Assembly (NCBI GenBank): GCA_963765205.1
Contig: CAVXVB010000008.1
Span: forward strand, 384,001 to 448,000
Length of the DNA stretch: 64,000 bases
From: an uncultured Verrucomicrobiae bacterium
Lineage (GTDB): Bacteria > Verrucomicrobiota > Verrucomicrobiia > Opitutales > JABDGR01
Reading direction: 5' to 3'
Positions within the stretch are counted from its first letter, which is position 1. Every line of letters begins with the position of its first letter. Below, in pieces: positions 49,119 through 59,648 of this stretch. The notes beneath the pieces were generated by a model that searched no databases, was not told the DNA's origin, and was given only the letters and a program-made list of their open reading frames with translations. The position numbers were made by a program, and so were the translations under genes.

Positions 49119-49556
49119 ATGAAAACTTACGGACTGCTCCATGGCCCCAACCTCGACCGCCTCGGCAAACGCGAGACGGACGTTTATGGCCGCGCCACGC
49201 TGGCCGACCTCGAAGCCAAGGTGCAGGCCGAGGCGAAGGTGCTTGGCGTGAAGCTGGAATGCTTCCAGTCAAATCATGAAGGCGCGCTCATCGAGCAAAT
49301 CGCGCGCTGGGCGGACGCGGGCGTGGCCGGGCTGGTCATCAACGCCGGCGCGCTCACGCACACGAGTGTCGCGTTGCGCGACGCCCTCGCCGGCAGCAAT
49401 CTACCCTGCGTCGAGGTGCATATCTCGAACATTTACAAGCGCGAGGAGTTCCGCCACAAATCCTACACCGCCGGCGTTTGCATCGGCATCGTGTCGGGCC
49501 TGGGCATCGAAGGCTATTTCGCCGCGCTGCGGTTTCTGGCGGGAATGAAGAAATGA
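49119..49556 (+). CDS. aroQ: Type II 3-dehydroquinate dehydratase
   Basis: [32 protein letters not shown]. Confidence 0.95.
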   Translation: MKTYGLLHGPNLDRLGKRETDVYGRATLADLEAKVQAEAKVLGVKLECFQSNHEGALIEQIARWADAGVAGLVINAGALTHTSVALRDALAGSNLPCVEVHISNIYKREEFRHKSYTAGVCIGIVSGLGIEGYFAALRFLAGMKK

Positions 49557-49565
49557 CGGGTCCGC

Positions 49566-50180
49566 CTAGGAGGGACCAGAGCTGCTGCCCGCCCGGCCCA
49601 TGAACATACCCGAGTATTTGACGAGGTAGCCCACGCCGGAAAAGGCCGTCAGCCCCGCCGCCGTGACAAAGAGCCACAGGCCGGTGAGTTGGGCCATGCG
49701 CGCGGCGTGCGCATGGTGAAAATCCGCTTCGAGCGCGTGCGCAAGCAAAAGCACAGAGACACTCACCAGTTGCAGCACGGTTTTGATTTTCCCCGTGCGC
49801 TCGGCGGCGAGGACGCGGCCTTGGCTGGCCGCGACCAGGCGCAGGCCGGTGACGAGGAATTCGCGCGCAAAAATAACCAGCACCAAAAACAGCGCCCAAT
49901 CCGGCAGCAGCGGGTCGCGCGCGCCGGGCATGGGCACGAGCATCGCAATCATGAGGCCGACGACGAGCACCTTGTCTGTCAGCGCGTCCATAAGCTTGCC
50001 GAAATCCGACACAATGCGGTAGCGGCGCGCGAGGTAGCCATCGAGCCAGTCCGACACGCCGCCGAGGACAAAGACGACGAAGGCCGCCGTCGCCGCGCCG
50101 GGCAGTTGGGCGAACACCAACGCCACCACCACGAACAGCGCGGGCACGCGCGAGAGCGTGATGAGGTTGGGCCAGTTCAT
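49566..50180 (-). CDS. pgsA: CDP-diacylglycerol--glycerol-3-phosphate 3-phosphatidyltransferase
   Basis: PNLITLSR, DWLDGYLAR...GKLMDALTDK. Confidence 0.9.
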   Translation of the reverse strand: MNWPNLITLSRVPALFVVVALVFAQLPGAATAAFVVFVLGGVSDWLDGYLARRYRIVSDFGKLMDALTDKVLVVGLMIAMLVPMPGARDPLLPDWALFLVLVIFAREFLVTGLRLVAASQGRVLAAERTGKIKTVLQLVSVSVLLLAHALEADFHHAHAARMAQLTGLWLFVTAAGLTAFSGVGYLVKYSGMFMGRAGSSSGPS

Positions 50181-50301
50181 GGCGGGAGCGGAGCCAGGCC
50201 CGGCGCGCGCCGCGAATCGGCTTGCGTCGGCGGACGGGACGCGGAAACTAAATCAGGCGGCAACGCCCTTGGCCAGCCGATTCGGAAACCCGCCCGCGCG
50301 C

Positions 50302-50787
50302 ATGAAACTCGCCCTCTACCCCGGCACCTTCGACCCCGTCACCCACGGCCACCTCGACATTCTCGGGCGAGCCTGCCGCCTGTTCGACGAGGTCTTGGTG
50401 GCCGTCGCGCCCAATGCGACGAAGGCGCCGCTTTTCACCGTCGAGGAGCGCCTCGCCTTGCTCGCCCCGCACGTCAAGACCTTCGCCAACGCAAAGCTGG
50501 TGCGGCTGGACGGGCTGACGGTGGACTTCGCGAAAAAGCGCGGCGCGATCGCGCTCATCCGCGGCCTGCGCGCGGTGTCGGACTTCGAATTCGAATTTCA
50601 AATGGCGCAGATGAACCGGCACCTTGACGGTTCCGTCGAGACGATTTTCCTCATGCCGAACCAGACGTTTTTCTACACCAGCTCGCAAATCGTGAAACAA
50701 GTGTGCCGGGTGGACTCCTCACGCCTCGGCCAGTTTGTGCCGGACAACGTGCTGAAAGCGCTCCGGAAGAAATTTGTGAAGAAGTAA
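50302..50787 (+). CDS. coaD: Phosphopantetheine adenylyltransferase
   Basis: YPGTFDPVTHGH, RGLRAVSDFEFE. Confidence 0.95.
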   Translation: MKLALYPGTFDPVTHGHLDILGRACRLFDEVLVAVAPNATKAPLFTVEERLALLAPHVKTFANAKLVRLDGLTVDFAKKRGAIALIRGLRAVSDFEFEFQMAQMNRHLDGSVETIFLMPNQTFFYTSSQIVKQVCRVDSSRLGQFVPDNVLKALRKKFVKK

Positions 50788-51020
50788 TGGTTCGCCCGAT
50801 GCCCGGCCCCGCCTCCAACGACCCCCTGCACGGCATCACGCTGGAGATGATGCTCAACCTGCTCGTGGAGGTGTATGGCTGGCGGGAAATGGGCCGGCGG
50901 ATTGACATCCGCTGCTTCCAATTCAACCCCAGCATCAAATCCAGTTTGCAGTTTTTGCGGCGCACGCCGTGGGCGCGGAAAAAAGTAGAGGAGTTGTATT
51001 TGCAGTCGCGCGGGCCGTGA
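50787..51020 (+). CDS. VF530/DUF2132 family DNA-binding protein
   Basis: DPLHGITLE...PSIKSSLQFLRRTPWARKKVEELY. Confidence 0.88.
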   Translation: MVRPMPGPASNDPLHGITLEMMLNLLVEVYGWREMGRRIDIRCFQFNPSIKSSLQFLRRTPWARKKVEELYLQSRGP

Positions 51021-51050
51021 CTCGCCGAATTGCACCCGTCTGCGGCGGCG

Positions 51051-52625
51051 CTAACCCTGGTCGGCAACGGCGCGTAAAAAGACGGCGTCGGTCGTCTCGT
51101 CCACCACGCGCAATGCGGGATTTTTTTTCAACTCGTCGAGGAGAATCATGCGTGGTTCCAAGTCCTTGAAATAGACGATGACGCCGTGGCACGCAGCGAG
51201 GCCCTGAAGCAGGTTCGCAAAATTCCGGGCAAAGTCCGCGTCGGCCACATTGCGCACATGGATCATCGTGTAAGGCACAAGGTGAAGGTCCGTGCGCTCC
51301 GTATAAAGGTAGAGCAAGCCGGGGTAATTGGTGTAGAGCGGCAAGGCGGCGTAGCGGGTTTGCGCGAGCAAAATGGCGCGGGAGTGGTGCCAGGCGGTGT
51401 TGTTGAAATCAAGCCGATCCGCACGGGCATGGCGCAGCCAGAAAACTGCTACGCAGGCGTAGATAAGGGTGATGAGGGCCGCGAGCGCGCCCGCGCAAAG
51501 CCGGGTTGTTCGGTCGTCGGAGGTGGGGTCGCCGCGCCACAAGGCGGTCGCGCCGGCGCCGAGCAACAACAAGACAAAAACAAACGGCAAAATCTGCATG
51601 CGCTCAGACAAATCCATCACCGGGTCCAAAAACATGGCGGTGAGCAAAATCACCGCCTGGTAGATTAGCAGGCTGATCGCAATTAACATGACGGGCGCAT
51701 GCTCGCGCCAATCCCAGGCTGGCCGCCGAGTTTGGCGTCGCCATCCTTTGACCAAGAGAAACGCCAGGATTGCGGCCAGCAAACCCACCACGGCAAACAG
51801 CCCGATCTTGAAGATCGAGTGTCCATCCAAAGGAATCACCCAGCGAGTCAAGGCGGCGGCGATTTTTTGGATTTGGCTCAAGGTCAGTCCATAATACGCC
51901 GGATGGCGGTCGGCGACCACCGAAGCATGGTCCCATGACCCGATCCACGAGGCCAGCGGTGCCACGGCGATGAGGCCATAGGCTGCGGCCCGGACCAGCT
52001 TCCGCGCCCAACTGCCCGTCGTGAAAAGGAGGACAAACACGACTCCGGCGAGAATATGGGCCTCGCCCACGTAACGCGTCATCGCCACGGCGGCGGCGAC
52101 CACGGCGGCGGCGACGAGCCAGACCCAAGACTGGCGCTTTTGATATTCCAACAATAAGCCGAGGCCAAGCAACCAGAACATTAAACACAAGGCCTCCGAC
52201 ATCGCCGAGACGTAGGCCCACAAAATCACCGGAGCAAGGGTGAAAAGCAGGCAAACCGCCGCCCCCGCGACTGCGGACAGCCGCAAGCGCAGCGCGAGCG
52301 CGGCCAGCAGACAAATGCTTAAGGGAAATAGGAGCGCATCCAGCCAGCGGGCGGCGGCGGGGACATCGCCCGTCAGCTTGCTCATGGCCGCCAGCGCGGC
52401 GGGATACAGAGGTGGCCAGTGTCGAAGCGGCTCCAGGCCGCCCGCGTCATCGGCCACGAGCATAGCGCCGCCCTGCAAATAGGTGCGCGCGGCACAAACA
52501 AAAGGGGCGGAATTATTGCTGAACCCCACACCGTCGCGAGTCACCCACAGCGAGGCCCCTGCGGCGCCCACCATGAGGAAAACCAAACCCACAAGAAGAC
52601 CCCGCGAGCCGCCACATTCTTTCAT
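51051..52625 (-). CDS. GT-C (ArnT/PMT-like) membrane glycosyltransferase-like protein
   Basis: HWPPLYP, MSEAL, TRY motifs; polytopic. Confidence 0.65.
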   Translation of the reverse strand: MKECGGSRGLLVGLVFLMVGAAGASLWVTRDGVGFSNNSAPFVCAARTYLQGGAMLVADDAGGLEPLRHWPPLYPAALAAMSKLTGDVPAAARWLDALLFPLSICLLAALALRLRLSAVAGAAVCLLFTLAPVILWAYVSAMSEALCLMFWLLGLGLLLEYQKRQSWVWLVAAAVVAAAVAMTRYVGEAHILAGVVFVLLFTTGSWARKLVRAAAYGLIAVAPLASWIGSWDHASVVADRHPAYYGLTLSQIQKIAAALTRWVIPLDGHSIFKIGLFAVVGLLAAILAFLLVKGWRRQTRRPAWDWREHAPVMLIAISLLIYQAVILLTAMFLDPVMDLSERMQILPFVFVLLLLGAGATALWRGDPTSDDRTTRLCAGALAALITLIYACVAVFWLRHARADRLDFNNTAWHHSRAILLAQTRYAALPLYTNYPGLLYLYTERTDLHLVPYTMIHVRNVADADFARNFANLLQGLAACHGVIVYFKDLEPRMILLDELKKNPALRVVDETTDAVFLRAVADQG

Positions 52626-52700
52626 CCTATGACCTGTATTTTTTCGGCCCTCGTCTGTCAATGCCAAGAGCGCGGACGGGCTTCGGGTATCCCGCAGGCG

Positions 52701-54245
52701 CTAGCTGTGGTCGGCGGCGGCGCGCAGAAAGACGGCGTCGTCCGTTTCGTCCACGACCCGGAGGGCGGGATATTTTTCCAATTGTTCGACGGGGAGCATT
52801 TTTGGGTCAAGGTCCTTGAAGTAAATGATAATGCCGTGGGAAGCGGCCAGGTTTTTCGCCATCTCCGCAAGTTCGGAGTCGAGGGCGGGGTTGGCCAGGT
52901 GGCGGATCGCGTCGGAGGCGTCGGGCACATAATGGAAATCAAGGCGCCCGGAACGGAGATAGACGGGGCCGAAGTAGTTGGAATAAATCGGGGAATCGGC
53001 ATAACGCTGCTGAAGCAGGTCGAGACCCTTTGATTCGCGCCATGAGGTGTCGTTGAATTCGAGATGTTCCGCACGCGCGTTCGACAGCCACAGGACGGCG
53101 GCCACCACATAGGCAGCCATAAAAAGGACCAGGAAGGCGACCGCGCAGAATCGGGCTGCGCCGCCGGCCCGGGCCGATGCGCCCCTGGCCCACGCCGTGC
53201 CCCCGGCACCCGCCAGCAGCAAAGTCATGGTCAGGGAGTAAATATGCACTCGTTCGCCGACATACTCGGTAGCGTCAATGAACATCGCCGCCACAAAAAT
53301 GAGGCCTTCGCAGGCCATCAGGTTCACCAGCAGCAACATGGCCGGCGCTTCCGTGCGCCAATCCCATCCTACCCCCCAGCGGGATCGGTTGGAATTTTGG
53401 CACGCCACCACCACCCACGCCAGCGCCAGTACTCCCATCACCGCGAGATAGTCCAGCTTGGGTGCTGAATGTCCATCAAAAGGTGCTATCCAGCGCACAA
53501 ATGCCGCAAGCGCGGAGATCGCCTGGCTCCTGGCCAATCCGTAAATCCCGAGCTTGCGCCCCACCGCCGCGACACCCGTCGCGCTGGACTGCGCGCGCAT
53601 CCAGTAGAGCAAAGGCATCAGGGTGATTAGTGAATAGACCGCCGCGCGGCCGATTTTTCGACTCCAGGCACCGCGTGTGTAAGCAAGGACAAACAGACCG
53701 CCGACCGCCACCGGCGCGATCGCCATATAACGGCACAGCACCGCCGCAGCCAACACCAACGCCGCCCACACCAGCCACAGCCAGGATTGGCGCTGTTCGT
53801 AGCCCAACAGCAGCCACAGGCCCAGCAACCAGAAAAACAGGCACGACGATTCGCTCATTGCCATCACATGCGCCCACCAGATACCGGGCGCCAGCGCAAA
53901 GGCCGCGCACGCCAATAAACCCGCCAAAGCGGACAAGCGCAAACAACGGCCCAAGGCCGCCACCAGCAGGATGTTGATCGGAAAAAGAATCACATCAAGC
54001 CAACGCGCGGCTGATACCACGCTCCCGCTGAATTTGCTCACCGCCGCCAACAAGATAGGATACATCGGCGGCCAAACGTGTAGTTTTTCCAGGCCGCCAT
54101 GGCGGTCGGGCACCATGAAATCGCCATGTTTCAAAAACGAGCTGGCGGCGTGGGTGTAAACGGCGGAATCGGTGTTCGTCCAACCCGGTCCGACCCGCGT
54201 CACCCACCACGAACCAAGCGCCGCGAGCACCATCAGCAGGGCCAC
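52701..54245 (-). CDS. GT-C (ArnT/PMT-like) membrane glycosyltransferase-like protein, paralogue
   Basis: DSAVY, WPPMYP, MSES; co-linear with 51051-52625; start uncertain. Confidence 0.65.
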   Translation of the reverse strand: MALLMVLAALGSWWVTRVGPGWTNTDSAVYTHAASSFLKHGDFMVPDRHGGLEKLHVWPPMYPILLAAVSKFSGSVVSAARWLDVILFPINILLVAALGRCLRLSALAGLLACAAFALAPGIWWAHVMAMSESSCLFFWLLGLWLLLGYEQRQSWLWLVWAALVLAAAVLCRYMAIAPVAVGGLFVLAYTRGAWSRKIGRAAVYSLITLMPLLYWMRAQSSATGVAAVGRKLGIYGLARSQAISALAAFVRWIAPFDGHSAPKLDYLAVMGVLALAWVVVACQNSNRSRWGVGWDWRTEAPAMLLLVNLMACEGLIFVAAMFIDATEYVGERVHIYSLTMTLLLAGAGGTAWARGASARAGGAARFCAVAFLVLFMAAYVVAAVLWLSNARAEHLEFNDTSWRESKGLDLLQQRYADSPIYSNYFGPVYLRSGRLDFHYVPDASDAIRHLANPALDSELAEMAKNLAASHGIIIYFKDLDPKMLPVEQLEKYPALRVVDETDDAVFLRAAADHS

Positions 54246-54355
54246 GCAAGCCAGCGTCCAGCGTGAGCTGCGGGGTTAATTCATATCCTTGGTCTTAATT
54301 GACGGCGCTCCCGCAGTCAACTTTTGCAGCGCAAAGATTTTCACGGTTGGCAAAA

Positions 54356-55576
54356 TCAATGCATCCATTCCAAAGTGGCCACGCTTTCGATATGGCGGGT
54401 TTGGGGGAAGAGGTCAAAGGGTTGGGCGTGGAGCAGGCGGTAGCCGCCGGCGCAGAGAATTTTGAGGTCGCGCGCCTGGGTCGCGGGGTCGCAGGAGACA
54501 TAGACGATGCGCGCGGGGCCATACACAAGGAGTTGCCGCAGGAACGTCTCGTCGCAGCCCGCCCGCGGCGGGTCAATGACCGCGGCCGTTTCGCCCGGCG
54601 GGAATTTGGCCGCGGCGAAAATCCGCTCCGCGACGCCGACGAGGAATTCACTGTTTTCCGTATGGTTAAGTGCGGCGTTCAATTTCGCACGACGCACGGC
54701 GTCAGGATTGACCTCGATGCCGAGACAGCGCTCGAACTGCTTTTGCCCGCAGAGCGCGAAGACGCCGACGCCGCAATAAACGTCGAGCAAAAACCGGGCG
54801 CCACCCGCCGCGGCCTCGCCCAGCACATACGCAACCAGCTCCGGCAGGATGAACGGGTTGTTCTGAAAAAAATCTCCCGCCGCGAATTGAAAGACCGTGT
54901 CGCCGATGGCGGCGCTGGCCTGCGCCTGCGGCTCGGTGACGACGCCGGCGCGCGTCTCGCGCAGGAGCAGCGAGCCGTTGCGCTTGAGCTGGCCGGCGCG
55001 GGCGGTGAGGTCTGCGCGCACGGTGGGCAGGGCGGCATTGATGGCCTCGGTGGCAATCGGGCATTGCGGCACGTCCAGCAGCGCGCGGCGGCTGCCGGTG
55101 CGTAAAAAGCCAATGGGAAAGGAGCCGTCGCGCCGGGGCGGCTCGTAATGCGGCGTGAGTTTCGCGCGGTAGTGATAAACCCGCGGTGAGGGATGCGTCG
55201 GGCGCACGTCGGCTTCCGGCAGGCCCGCCAGCCGGGCGAGCACTTCGCGCACCTGCCGCTGTTTCCATTGGAGCTGCTCTTCATAGGCCAGGTGCTGATA
55301 CTGGCAGCCGCCGCATTCGCCAAAAAGGGGGCACTCGGGTTTGCGCCGCGCGGGTGAGGGTTTAAGCACCTCGATCAAATCCGCCTCGGAGTAATTGGCG
55401 CGGTTGCGGAAAACCCGCGCGCGCACCGTCTCACCCGGCAGCGCATAGGGCACCATCACAACCCAGCCGTCCACGCGCCCGAGGCCAACGCCCAGGTTGG
55501 TCAATGTCACAATCTCGAGGGTCAGCTCGTGGTGATAGGCGTAGGGCTTGGCTTTGAAATCGAGCGGCACAGGCAT
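54356..55576 (-). CDS. TrmA/RlmD-family RNA (uracil-5)-methyltransferase with TRAM domain
   Basis: CGGCQYQH, FFQNN, YCGVG, DPPRAG, YVSCDP, FPQTRHIE. Confidence 0.9.
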   Translation of the reverse strand: MPVPLDFKAKPYAYHHELTLEIVTLTNLGVGLGRVDGWVVMVPYALPGETVRARVFRNRANYSEADLIEVLKPSPARRKPECPLFGECGGCQYQHLAYEEQLQWKQRQVREVLARLAGLPEADVRPTHPSPRVYHYRAKLTPHYEPPRRDGSFPIGFLRTGSRRALLDVPQCPIATEAINAALPTVRADLTARAGQLKRNGSLLLRETRAGVVTEPQAQASAAIGDTVFQFAAGDFFQNNPFILPELVAYVLGEAAAGGARFLLDVYCGVGVFALCGQKQFERCLGIEVNPDAVRRAKLNAALNHTENSEFLVGVAERIFAAAKFPPGETAAVIDPPRAGCDETFLRQLLVYGPARIVYVSCDPATQARDLKILCAGGYRLLHAQPFDLFPQTRHIESVATLEWMH

Positions 55577-55704
55577 GGCGGATGGGGAATTTTGATGCGA
55601 GTCTCACAGCATGGACGAAATTCCGCCGGCTTCCGATAAATTTCTATCCCTGATTTCAATTCTGTTAATTCGGTTAATTCTGTTTAAAATGCCTCCTTTT
55701 ACCC

Positions 55705-56541
55705 ATGCCCCTTGAATTCGTCCAGAGCCGGCAGAACCCCCGCGTGCAAAACCTGGCGCGGTTGCGCGAGCGCGCGCACCGCGACGCGCAGCAGCGGTTC
55801 CTCGTCGAGGGCCGCCGCGAGCTCGAACGCGCGCTAGCCCGCGGCGTGGTCGAGGAAATCTACCTGTGCCCGGACTATTTTCGCGAACAGGCGGCGGCGG
55901 ATTTTCAGCAGATAATCGAACGCCGTAATTTGCCAGCGTGCCAGCTCGCGCCGTCTGCGTTCGACAAGGTTTCGCTACGCGAGGGGCCGGATGGTTTTCT
56001 GGGGGTGGCGCGGTCGTGGCGGCATGCGCTGGCGGACTTGCCGTTGACCGCGCCGGCTTTGGTGCTGGTGGTCGAGGCGGTCGAAAAGCCCGGCAACCTC
56101 GGCGCGTTGCTGAGGACGGCGGAGGCGGCGGGCGCGGCCGTCATCATCTGCGACCCGGTGACGGATTTGTTTAACCCGCATGTGGTGCGCAATTCGCAGG
56201 GCGCATTGTTCAGCCTGCCCTTGGCGGTCAGCGACGCTGCGGCGGCCATCGAATTTCTCCGGGCGCGGAACATCGCCATGGTGGCGACCACGCCCGATCC
56301 CGCGGCACCATGCTACTGGGACTTGAACCTGCGCGGGGCGACGGCGATTGTCGTCGGCAGCGAAAAGACCGGCCTGAGCGCGTTGTGGTTGACAGCGGCA
56401 CAGGAGCGGGCGCGCATCCCGATGGCGGGCGCGGCCGATTCGCTCAATGTCGCCTCGGCGGCGGCGATTATGCTGTTTGAAGCGGTAAGGCAAAGAAAGG
56501 CAGAATGGAAAATGGAAAATGGAAAATGGAAAAAAATCTAG
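55705..56541 (+). CDS. TrmH/SpoU family RNA methyltransferase
   Basis: KPGNLGALLRTA, VGSEKTG, IPM.G..DSLNV. Confidence 0.92.
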   Translation: MPLEFVQSRQNPRVQNLARLRERAHRDAQQRFLVEGRRELERALARGVVEEIYLCPDYFREQAAADFQQIIERRNLPACQLAPSAFDKVSLREGPDGFLGVARSWRHALADLPLTAPALVLVVEAVEKPGNLGALLRTAEAAGAAVIICDPVTDLFNPHVVRNSQGALFSLPLAVSDAAAAIEFLRARNIAMVATTPDPAAPCYWDLNLRGATAIVVGSEKTGLSALWLTAAQERARIPMAGAADSLNVASAAAIMLFEAVRQRKAEWKMENGKWKKI

Positions 56542-56588
56542 CGGCGTGCATGTTCGTCTTTTCCGTTTTTTCCATTTATCCTTTTCCA

Positions 56589-57230
56589 TCATTGGCTTAA
56601 CAATTCCACCAATTCCCGCGCGAGACGCGGGTTGGTGACGAGCGCCTGATGATGCGGCAGCTTGACGCGGACGTTGCGCCCGACGGGCAACTCCGAACTG
56701 CGCGCGGGCATGATGATAACGTCGAACGGCGTCCAATACGATGCGACCAGGATGCCAGCGAGTTGTTCGACATCGCGGGCGAGGTCTTGCAAAAAGGCAC
56801 TGCCGGGGCGCAGCTCGCGCACCCCTCGCCCGGGCAGCAGCCAGGCCATGATCGTGCCGTGATGCGGCGTGGCAAGCGTCACCAGCCGCCGCATGCGCGC
56901 GCGCCCACCATGGCGTTGGACGTAGGTCCGCGCCACGAGGCCGCCCAAGCTGTGCCCGATGACATCGCAGCGCTCACCCGGCGCCAGATTGTCCTCCAAA
57001 AACTTGCCCAACTGTAGGGAGAGTTCGTGGATGGAGACGGAGCCGTTGTTCGGCGTCAAATCGGGGGTAAACACGCGCCGCCCCGCGCGCAGAAACGCCG
57101 CGCGCAAGCGGCCCATCAGCCGGTGGTCACGGAAGATGCCATGCACGATAACCACGGGCGGCAGGCCGGCGGCGTGGTCGGCGAACGAGGGCGCGAGAGG
57201 AGTCATACTCAGTGTATTATCAATTACCAT
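56589..57230 (-). CDS. Lipase/esterase (alpha/beta hydrolase)
   Basis: VHG, GHSLGG, TPHHG. Confidence 0.85.
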   Translation of the reverse strand: MVIDNTLSMTPLAPSFADHAAGLPPVVIVHGIFRDHRLMGRLRAAFLRAGRRVFTPDLTPNNGSVSIHELSLQLGKFLEDNLAPGERCDVIGHSLGGLVARTYVQRHGGRARMRRLVTLATPHHGTIMAWLLPGRGVRELRPGSAFLQDLARDVEQLAGILVASYWTPFDVIIMPARSSELPVGRNVRVKLPHHQALVTNPRLARELVELLSQ

Positions 57231-57411
57231 GCCAGGTAGCCAGAGGGTGTCTTAACTTGCTTGTGGTGAGGCGGTTGTTGTTGGAGGTTAACCGACCGGC
57301 GGATTGAATGCGGCAATTTTCGTCGAGAAATGTGGACAAAAAATGAATAGGGGCATCCCGTTACTGACATGATTGACAGCGTCCGCAGGCTTGTTATAAA
57401 GAAGCTCCATT

Positions 57412-58020
57412 ATGGCCGTCGAACGACTGAACCAGCGGGTGTTGGTGCTTAACCGTTTGTGGCAGGCGGTGAACATCATCGGCGTCAAGCGGGCGTTTGG
57501 CCTGCTGATGATGGATCATGCGCAGGTGGTCCACGCCGACGATGACGCCATCGAGGTGCTCAATGCCGAGGGATGGATCGCCCATTCGCTGGCCCACCCG
57601 CCGACCGACGACCGCGACTGCATCCACACGGTGCGGATGAGACTGCGGCTGCCGTCGGTGATTTTGCTGCGCTACTACGACCGCGTGCCGGCCAAGGAAG
57701 TCAAATTCAACCGGCAAAACCTTTTCGAGCGCGACGGGCATTGCTGCCAGTATTGCGGCAAGGTTTACACGGTGAAGGAATTGAATCTGGACCATGTGAT
57801 TCCGCGCATGAACGGCGGGCGCACGTCGTGGGAAAACGTCGTCACGTCGTGCGTGCGATGCAATTCGCGCAAGGCGAACCGGATGCCGCACCAGGCGGGG
57901 ATGCATTTGCTGAAAAAGCCGACGAAGCCGAAATGGCGGCCGTTTGCCTACGCCGTCAGCACCGCCGACCGCGTCGAGCATTGGGAGCCGTTTTTGGGGG
58001 AGCTGGCGGAGGTGGATTAG
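57412..58020 (+). CDS. HNH endonuclease (McrA-like family)
   Basis: VLVLN...PSVILL...RDGHCCQYCG...LDHVIP...WENVVTSCVRCN. Confidence 0.9.
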   Translation: MAVERLNQRVLVLNRLWQAVNIIGVKRAFGLLMMDHAQVVHADDDAIEVLNAEGWIAHSLAHPPTDDRDCIHTVRMRLRLPSVILLRYYDRVPAKEVKFNRQNLFERDGHCCQYCGKVYTVKELNLDHVIPRMNGGRTSWENVVTSCVRCNSRKANRMPHQAGMHLLKKPTKPKWRPFAYAVSTADRVEHWEPFLGELAEVD

Positions 58021-58071
58021 TTTTGGGTTTGAAAATTGCGGCCGGATGTTTATCATATCTTGAAAAATCAC

Positions 58072-58281
58072 ATGAAAAATTTTACCGCCGTCGTGGAACG
58101 CTGCCCGGATACCGGACTTTATGTCGGCTATGTTCCCGGATTTCCCGGCGCGCACTCCCAGGGTGAAAACCTGGATGAATTGCAGCGCAACCTTGCGGAA
58201 GTTGTCGCGATGCTGCTGGAAGACGGGGAGCCGCGCCTGGAAGCCGAATTTGTCGGCACCCAAACCATCTCAATTGCTTGA
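58072..58281 (+). CDS. hicB: HicB family antitoxin
   Basis: YVGYVPGFPGAHSQGENLDEL. Confidence 0.88.
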   Translation: MKNFTAVVERCPDTGLYVGYVPGFPGAHSQGENLDELQRNLAEVVAMLLEDGEPRLEAEFVGTQTISIA

Positions 58282-58284
58282 GCC

Positions 58285-58512
58285 ATGGTAGGCCACCTAC
58301 CCGTGCTTAAGCCGGCTGAGGTTCTCCGTATTTTGGGGCGGTTGGGTTTTGTGCAAGTCCGGCAAAAAGGTTCGCATCGGCAATTTCGCCATCCCGACGG
58401 TCGTGGCACGACAGTCCCCGACCACCGCGGCCGCGACCTCTCGCCTTTCCTTTTACGCCAAATCGCGCGCGACATTGGCCTGACCCCGGAAGAGTTTTTG
58501 AAACATCGGTAA
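58285..58512 (+). CDS. hicA: HicA family toxin
   Basis: [24 protein letters not shown]. Confidence 0.9.
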   Translation: MVGHLPVLKPAEVLRILGRLGFVQVRQKGSHRQFRHPDGRGTTVPDHRGRDLSPFLLRQIARDIGLTPEEFLKHR

Positions 58513-58551
58513 TAGGAAAATTTAGATTCAAGCCGCGCAGGTTGAACGCCC

Positions 58552-59223
58552 TTACCCTTTGGACTGTTTGAGACGCGGGTGTTTGCGCGGCGCGGGTTTG
58601 GCCACGGCGACGACACCGATGCCGAGCGTCTTATCGAGGGTCCGGTCAATGAATTCCCAATTTTGGGGATACCCAGCTTTGATTTTTTGCCAGGCGCGAC
58701 TGACCGTGGCGCGGGGCAGGACAATGTCGCAGAAAGCGACCCAGCGGCAGTGGTTTTTGACTTTATCGAAATCGTGGAGGACCCATTTTTCGGCGTGGCA
58801 GGCGTCAATGAAGGCGAGGTCGTAGCGTTCGCGGCCGAGGTTGATTTCATCGGTGCGGGCGCGGCGGTAATCGGTTTTGGGAAAGCGCCAGCGGTATTCG
58901 ACGAAGTCGTAGGGGGCGGCGCTTTGGTCGTAGCCGAGGCTGTGTTGGAAAGCGGGGTTGGCGGCGCGGAGGTAGGAATCGGCCATGAAAAAGGAGCCGC
59001 CGTTGCTGACGCCGATTTCGACGTAGGTGTTCACGCGCTTTGATCCCATGAAAATTAGGAACTCGGCGAATTCGCGGGGGTTTTGGAGGAGGCGCAAATT
59101 CGAACTGGGTTTGCCTTTGAAAACAAAATGGCAATGCGGCTCCAAAAACGCAGTGAGCCAAGCCACATCGCCAAGACGGGACTGGTTTTTTCTGAAGTGG
59201 TCGTAAAGCTCGAAATATTTCAC
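58552..59223 (-). CDS. Class I SAM-dependent methyltransferase (Methyltransf_24-like)
   Basis: YVEIGVSNGGS, AFIDACH; GTG start assumed. Confidence 0.65.
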   Translation of the reverse strand: MKYFELYDHFRKNQSRLGDVAWLTAFLEPHCHFVFKGKPSSNLRLLQNPREFAEFLIFMGSKRVNTYVEIGVSNGGSFFMADSYLRAANPAFQHSLGYDQSAAPYDFVEYRWRFPKTDYRRARTDEINLGRERYDLAFIDACHAEKWVLHDFDKVKNHCRWVAFCDIVLPRATVSRAWQKIKAGYPQNWEFIDRTLDKTLGIGVVAVAKPAPRKHPRLKQSKG

Positions 59224-59493
59224 GTGGGGGGGAAAAGATGGAAGACAGGAGTCAGGTGATAGAAGCCGGACAGCGGGGCCGTGGGGGGTGTTGATAAAGT
59301 GGTTGGACTGGGTTGGATTTGGGCAAAAGGCGCTGAGGAGCCAAGGCACTTAGCCGCAGGTGATTTCCCCGACAATCAGAAGGCGTTTGCATTATTTTAT
59401 TTAAATACAGCACATAATTTTTTCGGAATTATGCACTTCACAAAGGCCACGCTCTGACGGCCTAAGCTGGCCGATTCCCTGATTTTGGGGCGG

Positions 59494-59625
59494 CTATTTC
59501 TTGCGGGCCTTGGCCTTCGCCGTCTTATACGGCGGGATGGCCTCTGGCTTCACTTGCACGACCCGGCGCATCAGGTCTGCGAACCTGACGGGCGGATGGC
59601 GCAATTCTTGGGATTGCGGTTTCAT
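59494..59625 (-). CDS. Small basic protein (43 aa) inside the IS1595 element
   Basis: MKPQSQELRHPPVRFADLMRRVVQVKPEAIPPYKTAKAKARKK, read by hand (below the ORF track cutoff). Confidence 0.5.
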   Translation of the reverse strand: MKPQSQELRHPPVRFADLMRRVVQVKPEAIPPYKTAKAKARKK

Positions 59626-59648
59626 GGCTACGCTGTCAAATAGCACGG

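Noticed and set aside
57412..58020. HNH protein as IscB or Cas9-like RNA-guided nuclease
   Set aside because: Only 202 aa, no RuvC motifs or PLMP N-terminus; fits the common stand-alone HNH family
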